Positions 38,348 through 48,412 of a stretch of 64,000 nucleotides of DNA are shown piece by piece (position 1 is the first letter of the stretch; every line of letters starts with the position of its first letter). Where the stretch lies: positions 1,222-65,221 of the forward strand of contig JAIORV010000068.1 of NCBI GenBank assembly GCA_021107945.1. Reading direction: 5' to 3'. The translations under genes were made by a program, and so were the position numbers. The notes under the pieces were generated by a model, which had not been told where the DNA came from, searched no databases, and saw only the letters and a list, made by a program, of their open reading frames with translations. This DNA is from Vulcanimicrobiota bacterium (lineage in GTDB: Bacteria; Vulcanimicrobiota; JAJTBE01).

Positions 38348-40585
38348 TTATATCCATCGTTTGAATATATTAAGTTTCATTATGAAGTCATAATATTTCT
38401 GTGTGATTGGGGAACCGGTGAGTATGGGGAAGAAGAATATCAAAAACGCGATAAGGCCAATGCAGTAAATCACTATGGACACCTTCCCCAGCCTTGAATC
38501 CCGCAGATCGTCCAGGGTCTCGGTCAGGGCAAGAGCCATGAACGGGACGCAGGGAAGCATGTAATAGAAGAAACCTCCCTTGAAATGGAGTCCGCCGTGA
38601 AATGAGAAAGACGAGAGCCAGAAGAGATAGAGTGGTAAGTATCCGCAGAGTATGAAAATGACATTGCGCTCCCTGTCCTTGAACGAGCGGAAGAACATAT
38701 CGAAGAGTACGGGGATAAAACTCCACCAGAAAAGCAAGCTTCCTATTGCGACGATTCCATATATCAAAGCTCCCTTTTTCTCATATTCATACCAGATGGG
38801 TCTTCGCACAATAGGCCACTCCCACATCTGGGAGAGGTACGGGTGCTCAAATTTTTGCTTATAGTGAAAATCGAATGTTCTGCGATAAAGCATTCTTTCC
38901 CATTTTACCTTGTCGGGACTTCTCTTGATTTCAGCAGGGAACAGCGCCTCAATCAGCCGCCGGTTGACCTTGTGTTTTTCTACTGTGGAAATATTAGCAT
39001 AACCTTTTTTCAGGTATTCTCCTGCATCTCCGCCTAAATTTATCCCTGCAGACACTTCCGGTGAATAAAACTCACGATGATTGACAATCTTGTTGAAATT
39101 TTCCAGTATCTTATTCTGCCTTGCTTCCTCCACCTTTTCCTTTAACTTGTAGGAAGTAACAAACTCCTGGTTGTCCCTGTCAAGGAGAGTCCATATTTTC
39201 TGCCTTCCAGCTCCCTGGTTATTTTTGATAGTTGTCAGGAATTTGGACCAGTCGGATACATCGCTGGGGCCGAAATATGATGTATCTTTCATCATAAGTG
39301 GGAGATGAGATAATACAAATGTGCCTGTGAAAACAATGATAAATATGAGAGATAGGATACCCATTCGCTTCCAGGGAAGTTTAAAGAAACCGTCCAGGTA
39401 TTCCCATGCTCGTTTTTTTGGAATCGATGATATAAATGTAAGAACCGCGTGGGCATATCCGAGTACGATACATCCAAGAATAAACGAGCTTGATATTGTG
39501 AGAACCTGGAAAAGCATTATCTTGTTGCTCATGTGGAGTTGGAGGACCTGGGATATCAGTGGTTTCACACCGAAATATACACCGGTGAATGTTGCGGAGA
39601 GAAGTATGATCCGCCACCATCCCACTTTTTCATCCTTCTTGTAATCTATAAATATCAGAGCGCCGATTGCGACAAGTTTGTATATCCAGCATAAGGCAAA
39701 TATACCCTTGCCGGCGGGAAAATATCCCACGAGGGCGATAATTACAATGTCAAGCAGGGGGATGCCGGGAAAAATATACAGAGGTGGAAATTTTATTTCT
39801 TTCTTCGAGGGCTCACCCGTCTTCAGGAACATCATAATGAAGACATAAAGGAAAACGCCTCCCACTCCTGCAAGTGCGCTCAGCTTTACCGAGAACGCCA
39901 ATCCCAGGAAAAGCGAACTCAATATAGCATATTTGTAAGTAATGAAAAATGACTTAATTATATCTATGAGAGAAGATTTCTCTGCTTTTTTCTTGCCGGA
40001 TTTCTTCTCGATTTCTTCGGGTTTCTCTTTGAGATATTGTTCTATATATAAATATGCAAAATAATAACCTATCAAAATAAACGCGGCAATATAAATATCA
40101 AGAGTGGCAATCCTGCTCTGTGCAATATGTAGAAACTCTATAGACAGGAGGGATGCCGACATAATCGCACCAAACCTGCTCTTGAACATGGCAAGTCCCA
40201 GAAGGTACATTATGATAATCATGATAAGCCCGAATGCAACTGAGCCGGCGCGCCATCCCACAGGCTTGTCGCCCATGCATTTCATAAAAGCTGCCATTAC
40301 ATATTTCGCCATGGGTGGGTGTATGTCGTTCCGGTCTATTTTGCCAGGCTCAAGAATGTCTCTCGCCGCCGGTACATAATGCGTTTCGTCGAAATAGACT
40401 TTCGTGGGATATGACAGTCCATAAATACGAATCCAGAGCGAAACAAGAAGAATTACAGTCAAAATGACAACATCAATCCAGCCAAACCTTGTGCTTCCGG
40501 ATTTTTCTTTCTTTTCGATTTTATTCTTCTCGATTTTGTCCCCGGAGGGATCATTTTCTTTTTGTTTCTTGCTTTTCTTTCCCAT
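38348..40585 (-). CDS. GT39/PMT-like phospholipid-carrier-dependent glycosyltransferase (polytopic membrane protein)
   Basis: 745 aa; first periplasmic loop motif YFDETHYVPAARD (DE motif of the GT-C/PMT family); many TM helices; Lys-rich N-terminus. Confidence 0.7.
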   Translation of the reverse strand: MGKKSKKQKENDPSGDKIEKNKIEKKEKSGSTRFGWIDVVILTVILLVSLWIRIYGLSYPTKVYFDETHYVPAARDILEPGKIDRNDIHPPMAKYVMAAFMKCMGDKPVGWRAGSVAFGLIMIIIMYLLGLAMFKSRFGAIMSASLLSIEFLHIAQSRIATLDIYIAAFILIGYYFAYLYIEQYLKEKPEEIEKKSGKKKAEKSSLIDIIKSFFITYKYAILSSLFLGLAFSVKLSALAGVGGVFLYVFIMMFLKTGEPSKKEIKFPPLYIFPGIPLLDIVIIALVGYFPAGKGIFALCWIYKLVAIGALIFIDYKKDEKVGWWRIILLSATFTGVYFGVKPLISQVLQLHMSNKIMLFQVLTISSSFILGCIVLGYAHAVLTFISSIPKKRAWEYLDGFFKLPWKRMGILSLIFIIVFTGTFVLSHLPLMMKDTSYFGPSDVSDWSKFLTTIKNNQGAGRQKIWTLLDRDNQEFVTSYKLKEKVEEARQNKILENFNKIVNHREFYSPEVSAGINLGGDAGEYLKKGYANISTVEKHKVNRRLIEALFPAEIKRSPDKVKWERMLYRRTFDFHYKQKFEHPYLSQMWEWPIVRRPIWYEYEKKGALIYGIVAIGSLLFWWSFIPVLFDMFFRSFKDRERNVIFILCGYLPLYLFWLSSFSFHGGLHFKGGFFYYMLPCVPFMALALTETLDDLRDSRLGKVSIVIYCIGLIAFLIFFFPILTGSPITQKYYDFIMKLNIFKRWI

Positions 40586-40745
40586 TTTTCCTCATTTAAC
40601 GGTCCAACACCTTATTATTAGCTCTTTTAATTCTACACAATAACAAAATAACCTATTAATCATTAAATTTATTTGGATTATTCTGCTTATGTAGCTTCCG
40701 GAAAACCCTATGAAAATTTTCATGTGAGATTTTATATTCAAAGCC

Positions 40746-40780
40746 CTTGACAAAACATCATGAAAGCGTGATATATGATG
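40746..40780 (+). promoter_or_regulatory. sigma70-like promoter TTGACA-17-GATATA upstream of the 40869 gene
   Basis: ttgacaaaacatcatgaaagcgtgatatat read directly. Confidence 0.35.
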
Positions 40781-40868
40781 AGAGAAAGAATAGTTATTGC
40801 CTCAGGGGATAAAATCCCTGACGGTCAGTTTTGAGGTATAAGAAGTGAGATTATTTTAAGGAGGATAT

Positions 40869-41798
40869 TTGATGAATATGTTCGGTGGAAGTTTCATGAT
40901 GATGAATATGGGTAATTCACGAGTTCCCTCAATGCGGAAATTTTTCGATGTGAACGTTGTTCCGCAATTCTGGGCTCCCCCGGCGCAGATAGGTTCTGTT
41001 CCATCTAGTGTGGAAAGTGGAATGATTGACCCCAATTCCATAGTCCCGGGACTGGGATTTGGCGCCAATAATGTCCCTGCACCTCCCACAATGGAAGATA
41101 CAATGGCTCTTATGGGAATGTACCAGAACCAGCAAGCAAACGAGGGGCAGTATTTCAACCATATGTATAATGATGTGCTGGCCAAAAAGGAAGAGGTATT
41201 CAAGGAAAATCACTACAAGTTTGACGAGGATGGCAGTCCGGTTCTAAATGAGGAAACCGGCAAGCCCGAGGTGTTCGAGGGATCAGAGGATGCATTTGGC
41301 AAATTCCAGAGACACCAATGGGAGCAAGGTGTTGCACAGGAAATGGGAGAAAAGCATCAAGAGGAGTTCATGAATTTCGAGAGAACAGCTAACAAGATTC
41401 TGTTGAGTCAAGACAATAAGCCCAGTTCCATGTTCGACATTCAGGCCAGACAGAATAGAAACGAGCAGATCGAAAGTCTTCAGAAACAGGAGCACCAGCT
41501 ACTGGTGTCCCAGAAACAGGAGTACTTGCAAGAAATAGCGGGACACCTGCCCAATCCCGATTCCGAGGGAGAAACGATAGGGCAATACATCGATCAGGGC
41601 TTTCAGGATTATTCTTTGATGACGGAGCAATCTGAAACCGATATAACTACCAGTGATGCAGGACAGGTATTCCAGGATTATTTCGACGCAGTCGGTGACT
41701 TTCTTGCTCAGCAACAACAAATATGGGATGCGTACGGCATGGAATCATTTGATCCCAATGCAATGAAAAACTTTGCCAAGGGACAGAAACTTGTCTGA
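40869..41798 (+). CDS. hypothetical Gln/Met-rich low-complexity protein
   Basis: 309 aa; AAGGAGGATATTTGATG SD; followed by an A-run/T-run hairpin at ~41808-41850 in a convergent gap. Confidence 0.55.
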   Translation: MMNMFGGSFMMMNMGNSRVPSMRKFFDVNVVPQFWAPPAQIGSVPSSVESGMIDPNSIVPGLGFGANNVPAPPTMEDTMALMGMYQNQQANEGQYFNHMYNDVLAKKEEVFKENHYKFDEDGSPVLNEETGKPEVFEGSEDAFGKFQRHQWEQGVAQEMGEKHQEEFMNFERTANKILLSQDNKPSSMFDIQARQNRNEQIESLQKQEHQLLVSQKQEYLQEIAGHLPNPDSEGETIGQYIDQGFQDYSLMTEQSETDITTSDAGQVFQDYFDAVGDFLAQQQQIWDAYGMESFDPNAMKNFAKGQKLV

Positions 41799-41854
41799 GG
41801 CAAATATTTAATTATAAAAAAAAAGACGGCGGGTTTTACCACTCGTCGTTTTTT

Positions 41855-42937
41855 TTATGATTTTTTTTGCTTCTCCGCAAGGAAATGGAATAAGAAAAGC
41901 GCAGCCATAGTGCTTGTAATATCATTATGATCCGCCACGGGATTCAGGTTGATAATATCCAGATATACAGCCATCTTGAACTTGGAGAGTTGCTTTGCTA
42001 TGGAGATGACACATTCAGGGCTGAATCCTCCCGGCAGTGGGAATGAAGTTCCCGGCATCATACACCCGTCACATACATCCATATCGAATGTGATAATCGT
42101 TCCCTCACTCATGTTATTCGCCTGGTTGAGAGCCTGGAAAAGTTCTTTTTTTATATTTTTTATCTTGTCCTGAGAGTGTAACTGGATAATGTCATTATAA
42201 TATGTATGCATCTTGCTTTCCCGGGCGAAACGGGCATAATGCGGCGATATTGTCTCCTTGCGCAGGCCGAAATGCACAACATTTTCCATGTTGAAAAGAT
42301 CCGGAAAATCGTCCATTATTCTAAACATCGAGGATGCGCTGATGAATTTTCCCGGCACGTCATGGAAGTTGAGGTGAGCATCAAATGACAGCAGTCCCAG
42401 CCTGTTGTAAACGCCTGATTCTTTTATGCCTTTTGCACCGGCATATGTTACATCATTTCCACCGCCAATCACAATGGGAAAGACATTCAACTTGATAAGA
42501 CAGGATATTACCTCCACCATCCGGGTGTGAATATCCTGGAGATCAGCATCAAGGTCAATCTTGATATTACCCAGGTCAATAATCATATCACGGGGTTTTT
42601 CAAAATGATTCGAGAGACTGTAGAATGGTTTTCTGAAACCGTATGGGCCGTCCCTGACACCATGTTTTCCACCCATGTTGCGAATACCGATGTCCTGGGG
42701 AAACCCGATAATTGCAAAATCGAATTTCGAAAGATCCAGATCATCACCATTCCAAAAATGGGTTATGTTGCCCATGCACTCGTCTTGAGAGTCGAATTGC
42801 CTGAACACCTCTTCCTGCCTTGTTAAATCAACATTCTTACGGATTATATCAAGATAGCTCAAATCCATTACATTACTCCGTTTCATACCATCGTATTGAA
42901 TTTTATTTTCCACTTGAATATCTGCTATAACGATCAT
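41855..42937 (-). CDS. arginase/agmatinase/formiminoglutamase-family ureohydrolase
   Basis: 360 aa; binuclear Mn-site motifs IVIGGGNDVTY, LSFDAHLNFHD, FDMDVCDG; the true start may be the internal Met at 42868 (GGAG SD). Confidence 0.8.
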   Translation of the reverse strand: MIVIADIQVENKIQYDGMKRSNVMDLSYLDIIRKNVDLTRQEEVFRQFDSQDECMGNITHFWNGDDLDLSKFDFAIIGFPQDIGIRNMGGKHGVRDGPYGFRKPFYSLSNHFEKPRDMIIDLGNIKIDLDADLQDIHTRMVEVISCLIKLNVFPIVIGGGNDVTYAGAKGIKESGVYNRLGLLSFDAHLNFHDVPGKFISASSMFRIMDDFPDLFNMENVVHFGLRKETISPHYARFARESKMHTYYNDIIQLHSQDKIKNIKKELFQALNQANNMSEGTIITFDMDVCDGCMMPGTSFPLPGGFSPECVISIAKQLSKFKMAVYLDIINLNPVADHNDITSTMAALFLFHFLAEKQKKS

Positions 42938-43423
42938 GTGAATCCCTTTTAATAAATTTAACTATTCACCAAAGATGACCTGGGGAGCACATAGCTTTAA
43001 ATAAGCTTAATGCGTCAGAATCCTGACCATGATAAATCAATATAGAGCCTTAAGATAGCCGCCCTCCCGACCAACCTGAAGCGGTGTAAAATCGAGAGTC
43101 ACGAACATCGAGGCTGTCAGCTTCTCCTACAAATAGTTCTTTGAATAGTTCTTTATTTAATAATATAATTTTAAGAGGTATAAATCAATTGTCCTTTGGA
43201 CTTATAAAAAACATTATTACGGTATTTTGACCTACGCCTTGGCGTTACCCGCCTATATTTAATTTGACACCACTGGTATTTACAAACCTGTCGCCATATG
43301 TGATCTTCAACAAAAACGCCAATGTTTTCTAAACAAGATAAAACTCCGCCTAATGCGGAAAATGAATTGGGTGCACATGTTTCCTGTCAAAAATATTTAT
43401 TACTATTCGGATCCCACCATCAT

Positions 43424-43962
43424 GTCATTTCTTCACGAAGCTTTCCCTCGATCGGAGCGAAGTATCTCCCGTAAGAGAGTCGCCCACGCTGTCATTCCTT
43501 CACGGAGCCTGCCCTCGAGCGGAGCGAAGGGTTCAAGGACAGGCTCTGAGCGGAAAAAGATCATCTTACTTTATTCGATCAATCCCGGTAAGAATGTATT
43601 TTACTTACTTCCGATGTCTTCCACAGCGAAGGATCTCCTCTCCCGGGTTCTTCTCACAACAATCATTCTTATTAATACTTGCTCCTCCATGCCACGGGGG
43701 TTGAGATTCTTCGCTGTGTTAATCCTCGTAGATCAAGGTAATCCCGTCTTTGAGAAAATCATAGAAGTAAAGTTATTCTCTCGTGATCCGCTCAGAATGA
43801 CATGCTCAAGTCTTTCTTGATCCGCTCAGAAGGACAAGAAGCCTTGGGAGACTGAATAATTACGCCTGAACCTTTGACAAAAAGTAAATGCACCCAAATG
43901 AATTATTAAAACGGCTTGGTTAAGAGATTCTTCGCGGGCGCTCAGAATGACAATGCGTAAGT
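43424..43962 (+). repeat. interspersed repeat, copy 2 (extended; includes two tandem ~60-bp GTCATTYCTTCACGRAGC...CGGAGCGAAG sub-repeats)
   Basis: Aligns with 24849-25175; the track ORF 43353..43820 across it is judged spurious because the two copies are not conserved in a common reading frame. Confidence 0.75.
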
Positions 43963-44108
43963 CCTGATCTATATTGTATTATGGGAGACAGTTTTAAAAA
44001 AAATGCCAACCCTGAAGTTGGCAATAAAATATCATAATTCAGTTAAAAAACATTAAATAGTCATTTTATCAGTTTTTCCTGATATATTTCAAGAATATTG
44101 GTTTTATC

Positions 44109-45794
44109 CTACTTGTTGGCTTCATAGACTTTTTTGCCGCCAATCCAGGTTGACATAACCCTGGGAAAATCTTTATCAAGCTTATCCGGCTCAATGGAGA
44201 AAAAGTCCTTTTCATAGACTACCATGTCGGCTTTGCATCCGCGATAAAGAACGCCCAAGTCTTTCATGCTTGTTGCTAAAGAACTGCCAAGAGAAAGACC
44301 GCTGATAATATCCTTTTTTTCTAAAGGTTGATGAATGGCAGGTTTATTGCCTCCAGTTTCGGCAACTTTCATAATAGCAGCCGGCGCAGCATATGCCAAA
44401 GGCGAAACGCTGAAATCAGTACTTATGCCCACCGGAATTTCATTTTTAAAAAGTTTTTTTATCTGATAAGACTGGTTGCTATGTTTCCCATAATAATAAT
44501 CAACACCTTTTTCCACTTCCCAGAAAGCGGGCTGGACTGTTACAATTACATGCCCGTTAAACTTTTTAATTCTTGCAATCTGCTCGTCAGTAATGAAAGC
44601 AACATGCGCCAGAACATGTTTCCCTTTTATGCTTCCCTTCTTGGCCACAACCTTATCAAGAGCATCAAGCACCACTTCCACAGCCATATCGCCTTGAGTA
44701 TGATAATGCATATTCAATCCCAAATCTTCGGCCCTTGCAATAATCCTGTTGATGTTTTTCTGTGGACCTGCTTGATCATTGTTTGATACTTCCATGAGTC
44801 CATGATTATTCTGTTGGTTTTTCCAACTGGTCCACGCCTGCCCTCCGGCAAATGCTCCGTCAATAAAAATCTTACAACCATAAAATTTGACCATATCGGT
44901 ATCTTTACCAACATATTTTAAAGCGTCATCTACATCGTCAAGGTTGTAAATTGTATAGCAGTAGTTGACGCGCACAGGAAGGATGCCTTCTTTTTCCATG
45001 TCATAAAAAACTTCAGGTTTCATAAGCCTGCATCCGGGAAGTCCCATAAGATCGACAACAGATGTGTATCCAATAGATGCCCACAATTTCAGCATTTTCT
45101 CCGTTCCAATCTTTACATCTTTGTTATCAATCATACTCATAATTTTATTTCCCGGAATGCTCATCGCAGACTCTCTAAGCATACCGGTAGGCTTTCCATC
45201 TTCTATTATAATTTTTCCACCATAGGGCACTGGGGTTGACTTTGATATATTACAAAGTTTCATGGTAGCGCTATTGATTATTGAGTTATGCCCTAAATAA
45301 TCCACTATAAAGAGTGGTCGGTTCCCCGTTGCCCTGTCAACTTTTACAAGATCTTCTATCGACCATTTGTCATAATCTTTTAAGGAAAAGCCAACACCTA
45401 TCAAGATAGAGCCTTCCGGAACCGTTTTCGCCTTTTTGGCCAACACCAACGCTATGGCATCAACATTATTACAGTTCTGGAGATCTACACCGATATTAAA
45501 GAATGTACCTGCCTCCATTAAATGAACGTGGGAATCAATGAAACCTGGATAAGCTGTCCCTTTGGCAAGATCAACAATTTCAGCATCTTTGAATTTGACC
45601 GGGTCTACGTTATAGGCTTGAACTGTCCCATCCTTTACAAGAAGATTCTTGACAGTTGTCTTTGTGTCAATATATATTGTGCCATTGGTAAAAAGTTTAA
45701 AGGAACTATTTTGAGCTACAGCCGTACCAGTCAAAATACACAAACAGATTGTCGTTAATGTTAAATAAAAAAGAAAACCTTGTGCATATTTCAT
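44109..45794 (-). CDS. secreted metal-dependent amidohydrolase (Amidohydro_3-like)
   Basis: Start moved from 45902 to 45794 (GGGAGGA 5 nt upstream of ATG; the N-terminus MKYAQGFLFYLTLTTICLCILTGTAVAQ is a signal peptide); HxH motif GFIDSHVHLMEAG; later metal-ligand residues (HYHTQGD). Confidence 0.75.
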   Translation of the reverse strand: MKYAQGFLFYLTLTTICLCILTGTAVAQNSSFKLFTNGTIYIDTKTTVKNLLVKDGTVQAYNVDPVKFKDAEIVDLAKGTAYPGFIDSHVHLMEAGTFFNIGVDLQNCNNVDAIALVLAKKAKTVPEGSILIGVGFSLKDYDKWSIEDLVKVDRATGNRPLFIVDYLGHNSIINSATMKLCNISKSTPVPYGGKIIIEDGKPTGMLRESAMSIPGNKIMSMIDNKDVKIGTEKMLKLWASIGYTSVVDLMGLPGCRLMKPEVFYDMEKEGILPVRVNYCYTIYNLDDVDDALKYVGKDTDMVKFYGCKIFIDGAFAGGQAWTSWKNQQNNHGLMEVSNNDQAGPQKNINRIIARAEDLGLNMHYHTQGDMAVEVVLDALDKVVAKKGSIKGKHVLAHVAFITDEQIARIKKFNGHVIVTVQPAFWEVEKGVDYYYGKHSNQSYQIKKLFKNEIPVGISTDFSVSPLAYAAPAAIMKVAETGGNKPAIHQPLEKKDIISGLSLGSSLATSMKDLGVLYRGCKADMVVYEKDFFSIEPDKLDKDFPRVMSTWIGGKKVYEANK

Positions 45795-46149
45795 AAAATC
45801 CTCCCTACAAAATTGTATTTCCTTTTCAGAACTATAATTTGGGAGGGCGAAGCCCATCCCAATATAAATCCCCCCTTTCGCTGACCAGTTGCGTTTTTTC
45901 ATGTCCTTACTTCCATCTACATGATAATTCCCCCTGCCTGAGGAGGTTTACTCTACACTTGCAAATACCCAAATACATACAGGGTCATGGTTAACATTGT
46001 CTTGAGAAACAATGAAAATATTTTTATTTGAATCAATTAAGCCTTTAATATCCCAAGCATCAAAATAATTTGTTAATTTATCTTTTAGTAAATACAATAG
46101 CTTCAAAAGCCCTGTATTGCACAATATTCAATTTTTCCTGGTTGCGGGA

Positions 46150-46225
46150 CAGACTATAAAAACCCGCGCCACGTGATGTAGATATAATTATTTTGCGGGT
46201 TTGAAAACCCGCGCTACGTGGTGGG
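46150..46225. promoter_or_regulatory. direct repeat of GAAAACCCGCGCYACGTGRTG (two copies, each containing the CACGTG palindrome) plus a GCGGGTTT-GAAA-ACCCGC hairpin
   Basis: tataaaaacccgcgccacgtgatg ... ttttgcgggtttgaaaacccgcgctacgtggtg; lies between oadB (stop 46247) and the amidohydrolase start (45794). Confidence 0.35.
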
Positions 46226-46246
46226 AGATAACAAAAAGAAGCTCCG

Positions 46247-47386
46247 CTAATGTACTACCAATTTCCCCAAAGTTGAGAGCAATATTCCTGCCGCTATTGC
46301 CGAGCCTATGACTCCTGCCACATTCGGTCCCATTGCATGCATCAGGAGGTAATTGTCGGGATCTTCCTGATTACCCACCATCTGCGCCACGCGTGCGGAG
46401 TCCGGTACTGCCGAAACACCTGCGGCACCTATGAGGGGATTGATTTTTTCTTTCAAAAAGAGGTTCATAAATTTGGCGAATAGAACTCCGCCTGCGGTTG
46501 CAATGGCAAATGAAAGCGCGCCCAGGGCGAATATTTTAAGAGAATCGCCCGTAAGAAAAACATCAGCCTGTGTGCTTGCTCCCACTGCAATACCGAGAAG
46601 AATTGTTATTATATCAATCAGTGAAGTTCTGGCAGTATTCGCCAGCCTCTCCGTAACCCCGGACTCTTTAAGAAGGTTTCCGAAGAAGAGCATTCCCAGG
46701 AGTGGAAGTGATGCCGGAGCTATAAATGTGCACACAAGGAATGCAATAATTGGAAATACAATTTTTTCTATTTTTGAAACCGCTCTTGGTGGTTTCATCC
46801 TTATTCTTCGCTCTTCAGGAGTTGTGAGGAGCTTCATGATGGGTGGTTGAATTACCGGAACAAGTGCCATATATGAATATGCCGCTATTGCAATCGCTCC
46901 TATCAATTGTGGGGCAAGTTTTGAGGCGAGAAATATTGCTGTTGGTCCGTCCGCCCCGCCGATAATACCTATTGACCCGGCTTGCGCCGGAGTGAACCCC
47001 AGGAAAAGTGCGCCTGTAAAGGTGATAAATATACCCACCTGAGCGGCCGCCCCCAGCAGAAGTAATTTCGGGTTCGATATGAGCGAAGAGAAATCAGTCA
47101 TTGCGCCGATTCCAAGGAATATCAGAGGGGGATATATTCCCTTGACGACACCGAAATATATATAGTTCATCACGCTTCCGGTCTCATATACTCCTATCTG
47201 TGTTCCATATAAAATCGGGATGTTTCCGATAAGGATTCCGAATCCAATGGGAACAAGAAGCAGTGGCTCGTAATGTTTGGCGATTGCGATGTATATAAAA
47301 AGCAATCCCACCAGTATCATAATTATATGCTTATATGTTACCAGGTAGAAACCTGTGGAATGATAGAATTGTTGGAGTAATTCCAA
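46247..47386 (-). CDS. Na+-translocating decarboxylase beta subunit (OadB/MmdB/GcdB family)
   Basis: 379 aa polytopic membrane protein; strongly conserved family-typical segments ([62 protein letters not shown]). Confidence 0.85.
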   Translation of the reverse strand: MELLQQFYHSTGFYLVTYKHIIMILVGLLFIYIAIAKHYEPLLLVPIGFGILIGNIPILYGTQIGVYETGSVMNYIYFGVVKGIYPPLIFLGIGAMTDFSSLISNPKLLLLGAAAQVGIFITFTGALFLGFTPAQAGSIGIIGGADGPTAIFLASKLAPQLIGAIAIAAYSYMALVPVIQPPIMKLLTTPEERRIRMKPPRAVSKIEKIVFPIIAFLVCTFIAPASLPLLGMLFFGNLLKESGVTERLANTARTSLIDIITILLGIAVGASTQADVFLTGDSLKIFALGALSFAIATAGGVLFAKFMNLFLKEKINPLIGAAGVSAVPDSARVAQMVGNQEDPDNYLLMHAMGPNVAGVIGSAIAAGILLSTLGKLVVH

Positions 47387-47389
47387 TTT

Positions 47390-47830
47390 CTATGCCTCCT
47401 GTCCGATTTTCAACAATTGTGCTCCTTCAAGCACACTGTCACCGGGCTTTATATATACTTCAAGTACCTTACCGTCAGTCGGGGTCTGTATATCATTCTC
47501 CATTTTCATCGCTTCCATTTTCAACACAAACTGACCGACCTTAATCAGGTCTCCCTCTTTCACATTGACCTCAAGTATGACACCGGGAAGAGGAGCCTTG
47601 ATTGTTTTGAAGCCATGCTCCTTGCCCGGAGCTTTGGTGACCCTGGGTCTTGAAATCGATTCGTGAACCACGCTTTTTCGAACGAGTTTGGGAGTCTTTT
47701 GCTTGAATAGCTGCTCGATGTTTACAGTATATTCCGTACCGTTAACATCCACAACCGCTTCTTCCTCGGTTATTTTTTCTAAGTGCACGTTATAATCGTT
47801 TCCGTTAATTACAAATTGATACTGGTACAT
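47390..47830 (-). CDS. biotin carboxyl carrier protein subunit of the decarboxylase
   Basis: Start moved to the internal Met MYQYQ (AGGAGGA SD 5 nt upstream); biotinylation motif EAMKMEN; the upstream track extension overlies a G-tract repeat. Confidence 0.8.
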   Translation of the reverse strand: MYQYQFVINGNDYNVHLEKITEEEAVVDVNGTEYTVNIEQLFKQKTPKLVRKSVVHESISRPRVTKAPGKEHGFKTIKAPLPGVILEVNVKEGDLIKVGQFVLKMEAMKMENDIQTPTDGKVLEVYIKPGDSVLEGAQLLKIGQEA

Positions 47831-47935
47831 AATTCCTCCTATATGGGAAAGGGGAAAGGGGACATGGGAAACGGGATCCGACCTCCGACTCACGGATCCC
47901 GCTTCTCGTCTCTCACCTCTCGCCTCCATTCTATG

Positions 47936-48385
47936 TCATCTGTTCTTCATTTGTCTGACCTTGCCGCTCAACGCCCAGGGAGAAAGCCGTCTTAATGTCG
48001 ATCCGAATGTGATTTTCTGTCGCTGTTCATCCATATGAAGTCGGTGATACAGAATCAAGGCGGTACAGATAGCCGCCGCCTCCTCACCGGTTATTCTCTT
48101 TCCTTCTTTATCCCTGATTATCTCTTCTTTGCCGTTATCTTTTCTCCACAGTCCAGATACTTTTTTCAACATACGCCTGCCCATATTAATAACTTTCTCC
48201 AGAAAAAAAAGAACAAAAAACAGAACAATCAGTCCGGAAAAAACCACCGACATTCCTATTATGGAAAGCGTGGGACCTTGTCCATCAATGATGTTTTGAA
48301 TCCCGGATTTATTGGATTGATCTGCGGCCTGCGCCAAAATTGACAATATATTCGTTAGATGAATGAATGACATTCCGTTCACCAT
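47936..48385 (-). CDS. OadG-like small membrane subunit of the Na+-pumping decarboxylase (gamma/delta)
   Basis: 149 aa; single N-terminal TM LSIIGMSVVFSGLIVLFFVLFFL; Ala-rich C-terminal stretch EEAAAICTALILY typical of OadG/MmdD. Confidence 0.55.
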   Translation of the reverse strand: MVNGMSFIHLTNILSILAQAADQSNKSGIQNIIDGQGPTLSIIGMSVVFSGLIVLFFVLFFLEKVINMGRRMLKKVSGLWRKDNGKEEIIRDKEGKRITGEEAAAICTALILYHRLHMDEQRQKITFGSTLRRLSPWALSGKVRQMKNR

Positions 48386-48412
48386 ATTTCTAATTTTTTA
48401 CTATTTTAAATA

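Noticed and set aside
43353-43820. 155-aa ORF across the second copy of the interspersed repeat
   Set aside because: The homologous repeat copy at 24849-25175 is not conserved in the same reading frame, so conservation is at the nucleotide level, not the protein level.
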